45,983 nucleotides of DNA from a virus, in the IMG/VR virus record IMGVR_UViG_3300044980_000021, positions 1-45,983 of that record, one strand, 5' to 3'. Shown one piece after another: positions 18,912 through 26,593 of the stretch (the first letter of the stretch is position 1; each line of letters begins with the position of its first letter). The notes under the pieces were generated by a model. The model was not told where the DNA came from, made no database searches, and was given only the letters and a program-made list of their open reading frames with translations. The position numbers and the translations under genes are program-made.

Positions 18912-19362
18912 GGCTCACTCCAAGCGCAAAGCTGACTTTTTCGATGAGCTTGAGGTCGAAGACGCTGCAAAGCGTAAACACTTCGCCATCGCAGTCAATG
19001 TCCTCCGTATTGAAAGCAGAGAATGTGACCACATCGCCGGGCTTGACCACATTTACCATCGGAAAGGACTGACCTTCGATGATGTAAAAATCCGCGCAAG
19101 CGACCACAACCCCGCGATTGGCTGACTTCTGCGCCGATTCAGGGATGACAAAATGTGTTCCGCCCCAGGTTGTCTCTTTGGCATTGCGGCGAATCAGAAC
19201 GCGGTCGAAGATTGGAACCGGATCAGAATAAATGCGGTCAACTTCCGCAAGGCTGATTGGCTCAACAAGAGCATCGATCTCGTTTTCAGGCGGTTGTGGC
19301 TCTGCGGACTCATCGGCGGCCTTGGTACGCCGGTCCACTATCTCAAAAGGTTCGTGTCTCAT
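18895..19362 (-). CDS. GroES/Cpn10-like co-chaperonin with ~50-aa acidic N-terminal extension, 155 aa
   Basis: PIFDRVLIRRNAKETTWGGTHFVIPESAQKSANRGVVVA...VVKPGDVVTF...GEVFTLCSVFDLKLIEK aligns by eye with the whole length of bacterial GroES. ATGA overlap with the GIY-YIG gene stop. Confidence 0.7.
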   Translation of the reverse strand: MRHEPFEIVDRRTKAADESAEPQPPENEIDALVEPISLAEVDRIYSDPVPIFDRVLIRRNAKETTWGGTHFVIPESAQKSANRGVVVACADFYIIEGQSFPMVNVVKPGDVVTFSAFNTEDIDCDGEVFTLCSVFDLKLIEKVSFALGVSHAVGI

Positions 19363-19970
19363 TCTGGTCTCCTGTACGGTCCGCGTTTAACGCCTGTGCG
19401 GGTCTGCGCTGATTTCAGTTGCATGGCCGAACCCGATTGCATATCCGGCCTCTTGCGTCCTAGCTTACCATTACGAATTGCTTGCCGGTATTCTTCTGAT
19501 CTTGGCGGCTTAGGTCTTCCCCTCAGAGCTGCTGATTGTTTAGCTATCTGCTCTGGTGCTTTTTTCCTGCCACGATTTCCTGCTGCGATATTAGCGTTCC
19601 ATTCTGGTGGGTTAGGTCCGCGCTTCTTGCCTAGTTTTGCGGCTGCCATCTTTGCTTTTGCTTCTTCGGAATGACTACCACCCTTGAATCTCTTCTCCCC
19701 TCCATCGGTTCGATTCGCTAAGCATCCAGTCCCCCTGTCGATCCTTCCTAAAAGATGGATCTGAAGCATTTCAATCTGTAGGGCATCTTTCTCGCTCAAA
19801 TCCTGAGCGATGAATTCAATTAGCGACTCATCGCTCGGAGGATGTACGTGGTGATCTCTAGACCATGCTCTTTTTCCGCATCCTTTTCCTACGTAAAAAG
19901 CAGTTCCCGATACTCCATATCTCGAATTTGATGAGCGGAGGTAACGATAAACATAGAATTTTTTGTCCAT
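19359..19970 (-). CDS. GIY-YIG homing endonuclease with NUMOD3-type repeats, 203 aa
   Basis: N-terminal FYVYRYLR...AFYVGKGCGKR GIY-YIG motif. Four basic helix repeats follow (SEEAKAKMAAAKLGKK, EWNANIAAGNRGRK, EQIAKQSAALRGRPK, EEYRQAIRNGKLGRKR). Free-standing between the capsid and GroES-like genes. Confidence 0.85.
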   Translation of the reverse strand: MDKKFYVYRYLRSSNSRYGVSGTAFYVGKGCGKRAWSRDHHVHPPSDESLIEFIAQDLSEKDALQIEMLQIHLLGRIDRGTGCLANRTDGGEKRFKGGSHSEEAKAKMAAAKLGKKRGPNPPEWNANIAAGNRGRKKAPEQIAKQSAALRGRPKPPRSEEYRQAIRNGKLGRKRPDMQSGSAMQLKSAQTRTGVKRGPYRRPE

Positions 19971-19976
19971 GCAATC

Positions 19977-20005
19977 ATTTTACATCCGCTCACTGGAAAT
20001 TTCAA
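19977..20005 (-). promoter_or_regulatory. Sigma70-like promoter of the GIY-YIG gene, leaderless geometry
   Basis: On the minus strand: TTGAAA (20005..20000), 17 nt, TAAAAT (19982..19977), 6 nt, ATG 19970. There is no SD. Confidence 0.45.
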
Positions 20006-20053
20006 CAACTTAAATCTGTCTTACGCTAATAATGAGCAACAGGTTTGTTTTCA

Positions 20054-21388
20054 TCAAATTGTAGGCTGAGAGGCACCATACACATAGAGCTGATGACGCG
20101 GTGCACTACAGGCAAGATTGAAACTGCACTCATAGGCGAACTGGTTTGAGGTCAGCCATCCGTTTCCGGAGGGGTCTGGGACTGGCATGGTGGTATTTCC
20201 GCCTCCGAAATCGTACAGTTGCAGCGGGCAGAGTTCCCCGATGTACCAATCCGAGGTCAGAAGCATATCCACGCGGCCCAGCGGCTGAACGTAGGACAGA
20301 TGAACGTCCCTGCCGCCATAGGTGCCTTGGAAATACTTCTTGCTCACATCCGGCACTTTCCCAGTGCTGCCTTCGCTGTTCGACTGCTGCAGGACGATCT
20401 GCTTGTTGTAGTAGTTCGTCTGCGCAACCGCGTAGCTCTGGTCTTCACCGAAAAGGTAGATGCCAGAGTCTTTGGTCTTGTTAGATCCGCCCATTGCCCT
20501 ACCCAACAGAGCCTCGATGCGCGCCGATAGCGAAGCGGTAATGCTGCCGCCGTTCAGGTTGATCGAGGGAGTTGAAATACGGCTGGGATAGGTTGCCCGG
20601 TTGATGCCAGCCTGGATGCCAGTTGTCGCCGAGTTGTTCCACGAGGTTGTGCCGAAAACGCCCTCACCATAAGCGCCGGAAGAGCCGGCAATCATGATGT
20701 AGTCGCCTGCAGCAGTCGCCCCGCCTGTCGAGGGCAGGACAGTAGAGAAGAACAACGTCGAAGTGACCGGATCGTTGATCGAGATGGTGGCATTGCCGCG
20801 AGTGCTTCCACCCTCGGACGGGAAAATCTGTACTACCTGATTGTCCGTGAAGGCCATCGCCCGAACGCCGGTAATGAAGCTGGTCTGATTACCAGTGCCG
20901 GAGTTCGAGGAAACGGTAGCTGTCGAGGGAATCTGCGTGATGGCTCCCGAAGAGTCACCGTACATGATGCCTTCAATGCCTGCCATCGCCGAATCGAGCG
21001 AGTTCTTCAGTTCCTCAGCTTTGAGAGAGATGAGACCGCGCTTCTTGCCGTTTACGGCGAGCTGCGAGAGGTGCGTCATCTCGTTCACGGCATAGTGCCA
21101 AATCGGGGAAAGATTGAAATCATTCCAGATCGACATATTGCCGCGGCCAAGAGCATTGCCGTCGCCGGTTCCCTGCGAGATGTAAGCGCCGCCCTGCACG
21201 CGGAAAGGAACGCGGAAGGATGGGCGGGTGGTTGTGCCTGCTGTCGTCTGGAAGGAGACCGGAACCTTAGTGAAGCGGTCCTGCGCCAGCGCGTACAGCG
21301 TCTTGCTCATGGGGATGAGCGATGGGATTTCGGTGCTAAAGGCTTCGATTTCAACCGCTTCTACGGCTGCTTCTGTGCCGAGTGCCAT
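20054..21388 (-). CDS. Major capsid protein (by position and size), 444 aa
   Basis: Follows the scaffold-like gene. GGAG SD. Size and composition are compatible with an HK97-fold capsid protein carrying an insertion domain. No search was possible. Confidence 0.65.
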   Translation of the reverse strand: MALGTEAAVEAVEIEAFSTEIPSLIPMSKTLYALAQDRFTKVPVSFQTTAGTTTRPSFRVPFRVQGGAYISQGTGDGNALGRGNMSIWNDFNLSPIWHYAVNEMTHLSQLAVNGKKRGLISLKAEELKNSLDSAMAGIEGIMYGDSSGAITQIPSTATVSSNSGTGNQTSFITGVRAMAFTDNQVVQIFPSEGGSTRGNATISINDPVTSTLFFSTVLPSTGGATAAGDYIMIAGSSGAYGEGVFGTTSWNNSATTGIQAGINRATYPSRISTPSINLNGGSITASLSARIEALLGRAMGGSNKTKDSGIYLFGEDQSYAVAQTNYYNKQIVLQQSNSEGSTGKVPDVSKKYFQGTYGGRDVHLSYVQPLGRVDMLLTSDWYIGELCPLQLYDFGGGNTTMPVPDPSGNGWLTSNQFAYECSFNLACSAPRHQLYVYGASQPTI

Positions 21389-21563
21389 TGGAGTTCTCCG
21401 AGCCGCATGGCTCAGCTAAAGTAGTGGTCTCAACTCAGTTGGCATCGGATAACGCTCGAAGGGGCGGCCAGTAGACGGGTTGGCTGTTTCGCTGAAAATA
21501 AATATAGCACAGCTTGTCAAGTGCACCATATAATCAACTCATTCCTGAATCTTTCTCTCACAT

Positions 21564-21591
21564 GGGCCTCTTTGCCGAGGCCCTCTTTTTA
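21564..21591 (+). terminator. Intrinsic-terminator-like hairpin oriented on the plus strand
   Basis: GGGCCTC-tttgcc-GAGGCCC followed by TCTTTTTA on the plus strand. On the minus strand the same hairpin follows the small-ORF stop codon but lacks a U tract. Confidence 0.5.
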
Positions 21592-21735
21592 TCTCGTTCT
21601 GCGTCGAAATGTAGTCTGCTCAATAATCCAATGATCGAGAGCCGCGAAGCCATCGTATATCTTGCCTGCGATCAGCGGCAACGCTTCCCATGCGGCTAAT
21701 CCAAGCACTATTCCCAATGCGATCTTGAAGATCAT
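21589..21735 (-). CDS. Small membrane protein, 48 aa (below ORF-track cut-off)
   Basis: Hand translation gives MIFKIALGIVLGLAAWEALPLIAGKIYDGFAALDHWIIEQTTFRRRTR. ATGA overlap with the scaffold gene stop. One TM helix. Confidence 0.45.
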   Translation of the reverse strand: MIFKIALGIVLGLAAWEALPLIAGKIYDGFAALDHWIIEQTTFRRRTR

Positions 21736-23006
21736 GCGCGGCCTCTTAGATGAGCCCAGCTTACAAACATCCCGTTTTTCAAATACCCCTGCCCCTTGAT
21801 ACGCATTTCCGTGAAATCAGGGCGTGAAGTATCGAGTTGTTCATTGGTCGGGATCGACGATACCTGCAACGGGCCTCCACCTGGAGCGGTCTTAGGCTGT
21901 CCAGGCTTCACCGCTCCGGTTCCAGTGGCAGTTGATTTACCAGACGATCCAAACAGGTTCTTGCATTCCTTCGACACTTCCAGAGCTTTATCCTTGGCGC
22001 GCCGAGAGAATTCCCCTGCCGCGTAAGTCGCTACAGTGTCATGCGTCCTCTGCTTATTGGCAAAGCGAAGGTCAATCTGCTGCTTGTAACCGTTATCGCC
22101 ATTCATTTCCTCAATCACAGCGTTTTCGAGTGCGGTCCTATAGTAAGCGGCCTGCTTTTCGTTCCATCCGTTTGCCTTGACGTACTGATCGACAAGAGAC
22201 TTCATCGGAGCCTGAATGGAATCGTTGACCTTAGTTTGCACCGCAGACCGGAAAATGCCTTCTTCGCGCTGATTGAGTTGCGTTTCGCGCTCTTTCAGTT
22301 TGTCTGTACCCGGAGCAGGCTTGGCAGTGTTTTTCACTGCGTCCGCGTTCTGCATCTGGCCCTTCAGCCAGTTATCCATCGTTGTCAGGCCGGCCTTGAT
22401 TCTCGCGGGATCGGTTTCAGCTAATAGGCCCTGTACGAATTGCGGTATCTGGGCATCTTTCAGCATCTGTACCGCATGCGGTCCTACTGCGGCGCCATAG
22501 GCTTCAGGATTCATCTTCTGCAGGCGTTCAAGATAGTGCGGAGCCAGCGCAGCCGCGCCTTCAGGAAAGTCCTTGAACATCGCGTCCAGCACTTCCGGAT
22601 TGCCTTCTTTTAGCCCGGCATCCTGCATATCGTATGTCTGAAGTCTCTGCGTGGCCTGAGAAATGCCCTCAATCCCGCCAGCGGACTCGATAATGCTTTT
22701 GGCCTCGGCAGCCTTCTGCGGGGTTTCAAACGCGCCCTTCCAGCCTGTAGCCTCGCGGAAATGTGTATCGGCGAGCTGGCGAAGAATCTTCGCATGAGCT
22801 GGATTAGCCGCGGCTAATTGCTTTACCGCATCCCGAATCGACTTTCCGCTCAAATCTTCAGATACTTGCGCCTGTTGAGTTTCTTGATTCCCTGGCTGAA
22901 TTTCCGCGGTTTGCGTTTCCGGATGTTGCGTCTCAACTGATTCAGTTTCGGTTTGCGTCGTGTCCGTTGCTTCCAAGGACGAAAGATCAATCATGTCAGT
23001 TGCCAT
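21732..23006 (-). CDS. Scaffolding protein candidate, 424 aa
   Basis: Acidic Thr/Glu/Gln-rich N-terminus and a long helical, charged body. Lies upstream of the capsid gene. AGGAG SD. Confidence 0.55.
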   Translation of the reverse strand: MATDMIDLSSLEATDTTQTETESVETQHPETQTAEIQPGNQETQQAQVSEDLSGKSIRDAVKQLAAANPAHAKILRQLADTHFREATGWKGAFETPQKAAEAKSIIESAGGIEGISQATQRLQTYDMQDAGLKEGNPEVLDAMFKDFPEGAAALAPHYLERLQKMNPEAYGAAVGPHAVQMLKDAQIPQFVQGLLAETDPARIKAGLTTMDNWLKGQMQNADAVKNTAKPAPGTDKLKERETQLNQREEGIFRSAVQTKVNDSIQAPMKSLVDQYVKANGWNEKQAAYYRTALENAVIEEMNGDNGYKQQIDLRFANKQRTHDTVATYAAGEFSRRAKDKALEVSKECKNLFGSSGKSTATGTGAVKPGQPKTAPGGGPLQVSSIPTNEQLDTSRPDFTEMRIKGQGYLKNGMFVSWAHLRGRA

Positions 23007-23015
23007 TGCGGTCTC

Positions 23016-23243
23016 CTATCGAATCACTGCTATTTTCTTGCCTTCCAAACTCAATCCCAGAATTGATCCATTGCACTCGATCCAGCAGCACGGTTCGGTT
23101 TTACTGCCGCGCTTGGATAAATCCACGACCGTCTTGCTGCTCACAAGAATCGTCACTTCATCCCATTGCGTTTCCGTACTCAAATCGCCATCGTCCACGC
23201 TCCAGATGTGCTGCGCGTCAAAGCGGTTGATGTAAACCCTCAT
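23016..23243 (-). CDS. Small protein, unknown function, 75 aa
   Basis: ATGA overlap with the phosphatase gene stop. Sits between the phosphatase and scaffold genes. Confidence 0.6.
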   Translation of the reverse strand: MRVYINRFDAQHIWSVDDGDLSTETQWDEVTILVSSKTVVDLSKRGSKTEPCCWIECNGSILGLSLEGKKIAVIR

Positions 23244-23848
23244 GATCCACCAAATACAGCTTCTTCAGGCTTTCCGAAGATCGGCTCAACCGTGTGATTT
23301 TTTCCGTTCCAGTAGATCGCGGCAATTCCACCCGGCTTTACCGTCTCACCAAATTCCGGTTCCGTGCGCTCTGCTCCTTCTGTGAAATTGACCAGCGCAA
23401 CAACATTCGAAGTGTGCGCCACAAACAGCGTCAGACCCTCAGTGCGCGCCTTTTTCAAGGCGGCTTCCCAGAAGGCATACTGGCGCTCCTCGAAGTCGTC
23501 CAGAGACTCGCCACCCGGCACGCAAACCTCAGGATTTTCGGCGAACAGTCTCAAGGCATCTTGATTTTCGTTCTTAGGCAGACCGGAGAAGATGCCTAGA
23601 CGCCAAGGCAGCAATCCCCTATGCTGGAAGACCATCAGGCCCTGAGAGCAAATATCCGCAGTAACGAACGCCCTCAGCAGTGGCGAGCAAATTATGTTCT
23701 TGATATCGTATTTCTTCAGCTCTTTAGCGGCGGCATGGGCTTGCTCAATCCCTTCATCGCTCAACGGAACATCGAGCCATGAACGAAAGCATCCGCGCTC
23801 ATTTAGCTCTGTAGAGCCGTGCCTAAGAATCAGTGCGACAGGCTTCAT
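23240..23848 (-). CDS. Histidine phosphatase superfamily (PGAM/SixA-like) protein, 202 aa
   Basis: Motifs LILRHGSTELN, SPLLRAFVTA, PGGESLDDFEER and LFVAHTSNV. ATGA overlaps with the portal gene upstream and the 75-aa gene downstream. Confidence 0.8.
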   Translation of the reverse strand: MKPVALILRHGSTELNERGCFRSWLDVPLSDEGIEQAHAAAKELKKYDIKNIICSPLLRAFVTADICSQGLMVFQHRGLLPWRLGIFSGLPKNENQDALRLFAENPEVCVPGGESLDDFEERQYAFWEAALKKARTEGLTLFVAHTSNVVALVNFTEGAERTEPEFGETVKPGGIAAIYWNGKNHTVEPIFGKPEEAVFGGS

Positions 23849-26328
23849 AGCTTGCGTTTCGTCCTCGTCTTTATTTCCGCATTTGACGTTCTCTGTATCG
23901 TTTCCTGCTCCTGCTCTGTCGGTCCGCCAGCCTGCTCTGGAGCTACTTGTATGCCGGCCTTCGACAAAGCCTGAGATTGCGCGGCACCGACGAGCTTATC
24001 TACCGCAATGTTGATCGAAGTCTTAGGCGGAATCGGCTGCTGATTTTCTGCGGCCAGTTTCGCTGCTACCTGCTTATGTCCCTGCCAATACAGAAAAACA
24101 TTCGTCCACTTCTTCCAGCTATCACCTTGCCCAGGCTTATCCTTCTCAGCCTTGCGCCGCAGGGATCGTCCGTCTGATTCGCCCATCCAGCTAAACACAG
24201 TCGCTGCGATGGTCGCATGGTCTTCTGAATCGTCCTGAGCTACTGTCACGCTGGGAAGGTACTGCGGAGTCTTATGAATCTGCTCCTGTAACTGGCCTAC
24301 CTGCTGCTCTAAAGCCTCGCCCTGCTGAATTTCCGACTCATCTAAAGCAATGCCTGACTCGGTAGCAGTCTGCGCGAGAGACTTGGCCATCTCATGCGTC
24401 TGGCTCATCTGTTCTAGTTGATCGTTTAACTTCTGCCATTCTGGGTTGATAAGCGGCTCGGAATCAAGCAGTCTTTCAATATCCTCGAGCGCTCCGTCTT
24501 CCCAGTTGGCCTCATCGACCGTAATCACGTCCTCCAGCGAAAGAGCCTTCACGATTTCCCGCGTGTTCGACGGGCGCGCCACAACAGCCGCCACTTCCTG
24601 ATTCTGCATCGCCATGTCGAGAACCTGTAGCACCTTGGCTTCACGTTGCGCTCCACTTTCAGGAATTGCGTTGATCGTCTCAGGACGGCATTTGGCGTTG
24701 CCCTTGAGGTTTTCCGGATTGACTGCAATATCACCGTAACCCTCAACCGTATCGCTGATTTCACCCTGCCCGTTCTGAGAGCAACAACGGGCAGCCTGGC
24801 CGATTGCAGTAGCGAACATGACGTTTGCCACTATCCACGCGGCGCCCAGCCTCTCAAGCGCCTGCTGCAGACGAATCTGCGTAGCCCCTACCGTGTTGTC
24901 TGAACCTTCAGCCTCTCCGAATAGGGCAGGCGTGCAGCCGTCAATCGACTGGATAAGCGGGCCGACATACCACTGAAACATCTCAGCCATGCCCTGATGT
25001 AGCTGGGCCTGAGGCATCTGGCTGAATAAATCCGTTATTGGTCTTCCCTCTGGCACGGAAACAGGAATAAAGCGTTTAGGAGATGCCTCAAGTTCGGTCA
25101 GAGCCTCCATGTTGAAAGCCTGATCGTCAACCGCTGTAGCCGCAATTGCGCCTCGTACCGTAATATCCCACAGGTCTGCCCAGATATTGATTCGTTTTTG
25201 AATCGGAATATCCGAGCTACCCAGCGAACGGCGATTCTGGCCGAATCCCCTGCAGAACATGCCCAGCGCCAAGTGATCGTCCATGCTCTCAGTCCACGCA
25301 CAGGTGAACTCTTTTCCGTGCATGATCATGAAAACGCCTTCTGGGAACTCTTTTAGAAGCCACTCGCGCTGAGAATCTGTAATTCGATCATCGAAGTACA
25401 TGCCTGGGCGATACCACTGATAGCCTACCGTTGCTTCCCGTATCCCCGAAGTGCCAGTAATATATTTTCCGACAATTCCGATGCGCGTATTGATTCTGGC
25501 GATACGCTCAAACTCAAGCTCGCCGGCAGTTCCCCATGAGGGCTTGATCTTCGTCCCCATCCACGGATATTTTGCCCTCTCAATTGCATAATCCGACTCC
25601 TCAAAGATCTGAAAATAGCCCATTTCCTTGAGGCAGTCGTTCATCATTGGGCCTTTGGTTTCAAGGACTCCATGCAGCGTAGTAATCTCGCGCCTGCGGA
25701 TATTGCCATCATCGTCAAGGCCGAAACTCTTGTCTGCTACCGTGCGCGTCCAGAAAACGCCCCTGGGATCAGTCCACGCCAGCCCCGCAAGCTCTCTTTG
25801 CTTCGTGATTGAATCGTTAGTTTCATACCATAAGTGCTTGTATTTGTTCGATTCATCAGAGCACGCAACATCAATTGGAGACTTGCTCTTATTGGGCGTG
25901 AAGTTGACCTTGATCTTCCCGCGGCATAAGGCAGAAGTCGAAATATCACCCTGCGCGCTCAGGATATTCGTTGCGTAGAGATTCGCGTCATTGTTCGCGG
26001 CGAGGCCATTTTTGTTCTTGCCGACACCCGCGCCGATAATCTCCCAGCCACCGCCCTGACCGCCATCTAGATACTGGTAGCCGCGATCCATGTGACGCTC
26101 TTCCCAGACCTGAAGCACAGAAAACCGGCGTGCAGCCTCATCTGCCTGAGAGCATTGCTCGGCCATTGTGGTGAAAACCGCTATGAGTGTGGGGTCAACC
26201 TTCTTGATGTCGTCGGGCTTCCAGACTTTCTTCGACGTGATGATAGCGGAGGCTAGTTCGCCGGGCGCGAACTCCTGAGCCTGTGCGGATACGGCTTCAT
26301 CTGTGTTTTCTGCTACATCCTCAGCCAT
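23845..26328 (-). CDS. Portal protein (by position and size), 827 aa
   Basis: Largest head-module ORF, downstream of terL and upstream of scaffold and capsid. Acidic helical C-terminal region. No search was possible. Confidence 0.6.
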   Translation of the reverse strand: MAEDVAENTDEAVSAQAQEFAPGELASAIITSKKVWKPDDIKKVDPTLIAVFTTMAEQCSQADEAARRFSVLQVWEERHMDRGYQYLDGGQGGGWEIIGAGVGKNKNGLAANNDANLYATNILSAQGDISTSALCRGKIKVNFTPNKSKSPIDVACSDESNKYKHLWYETNDSITKQRELAGLAWTDPRGVFWTRTVADKSFGLDDDGNIRRREITTLHGVLETKGPMMNDCLKEMGYFQIFEESDYAIERAKYPWMGTKIKPSWGTAGELEFERIARINTRIGIVGKYITGTSGIREATVGYQWYRPGMYFDDRITDSQREWLLKEFPEGVFMIMHGKEFTCAWTESMDDHLALGMFCRGFGQNRRSLGSSDIPIQKRINIWADLWDITVRGAIAATAVDDQAFNMEALTELEASPKRFIPVSVPEGRPITDLFSQMPQAQLHQGMAEMFQWYVGPLIQSIDGCTPALFGEAEGSDNTVGATQIRLQQALERLGAAWIVANVMFATAIGQAARCCSQNGQGEISDTVEGYGDIAVNPENLKGNAKCRPETINAIPESGAQREAKVLQVLDMAMQNQEVAAVVARPSNTREIVKALSLEDVITVDEANWEDGALEDIERLLDSEPLINPEWQKLNDQLEQMSQTHEMAKSLAQTATESGIALDESEIQQGEALEQQVGQLQEQIHKTPQYLPSVTVAQDDSEDHATIAATVFSWMGESDGRSLRRKAEKDKPGQGDSWKKWTNVFLYWQGHKQVAAKLAAENQQPIPPKTSINIAVDKLVGAAQSQALSKAGIQVAPEQAGGPTEQEQETIQRTSNAEIKTRTKRKL

Positions 26329-26545
26329 TATTCAGCCCCACGAGAGATGGTATCCAGTCTATCTCTTCGCCAGTTGTCTGCGCATTTATTACTTCAACGC
26401 GACCATATTTGGAAATTACATTCGCAATTAAGGCCAGATTCCACGCAGTAAGAGGTGAACCGTTCAGATCAATGGGCTGATCGCGAAGAAAACGAGTGTC
26501 GCCCTTAATCCGATGCAAGTTTTCTATAAACTTCGACTCAGCCAT
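26321..26545 (-). CDS. Small head-module protein, 74 aa
   Basis: Start moved to ATG 26545 (MAESKF...), downstream of the terminator hairpin and a GGGGG SD. The 3' end overlaps the portal start by 8 nt. Confidence 0.6.
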   Translation of the reverse strand: MAESKFIENLHRIKGDTRFLRDQPIDLNGSPLTAWNLALIANVISKYGRVEVINAQTTGEEIDWIPSLVGLNNG

Positions 26546-26552
26546 CTTGCCC

Positions 26553-26587
26553 CCAAAAGAAAGCCAGCCCACCGAAGCAGGCTGGCT
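26553..26587 (-). terminator. Intrinsic terminator/attenuator inside the late operon
   Basis: Minus-strand RNA reads AGCCAGCC-(10 nt loop)-GGCUGGCU followed by UUCUUUUGG. It lies 7 nt after the TAA of the 26594 gene and just before the next SD. Confidence 0.6.
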
Positions 26588-26593
26588 CAATCA

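Noticed and set aside
21515-21520. Perfect TTGACA on the minus strand upstream of the capsid gene, considered as a capsid promoter
   Set aside because: No acceptable -10 hexamer lies at 16-18 nt spacing. TATATT and TATTTA fall at 8-10 nt, and at 17 nt the sequence is TTTCAG.
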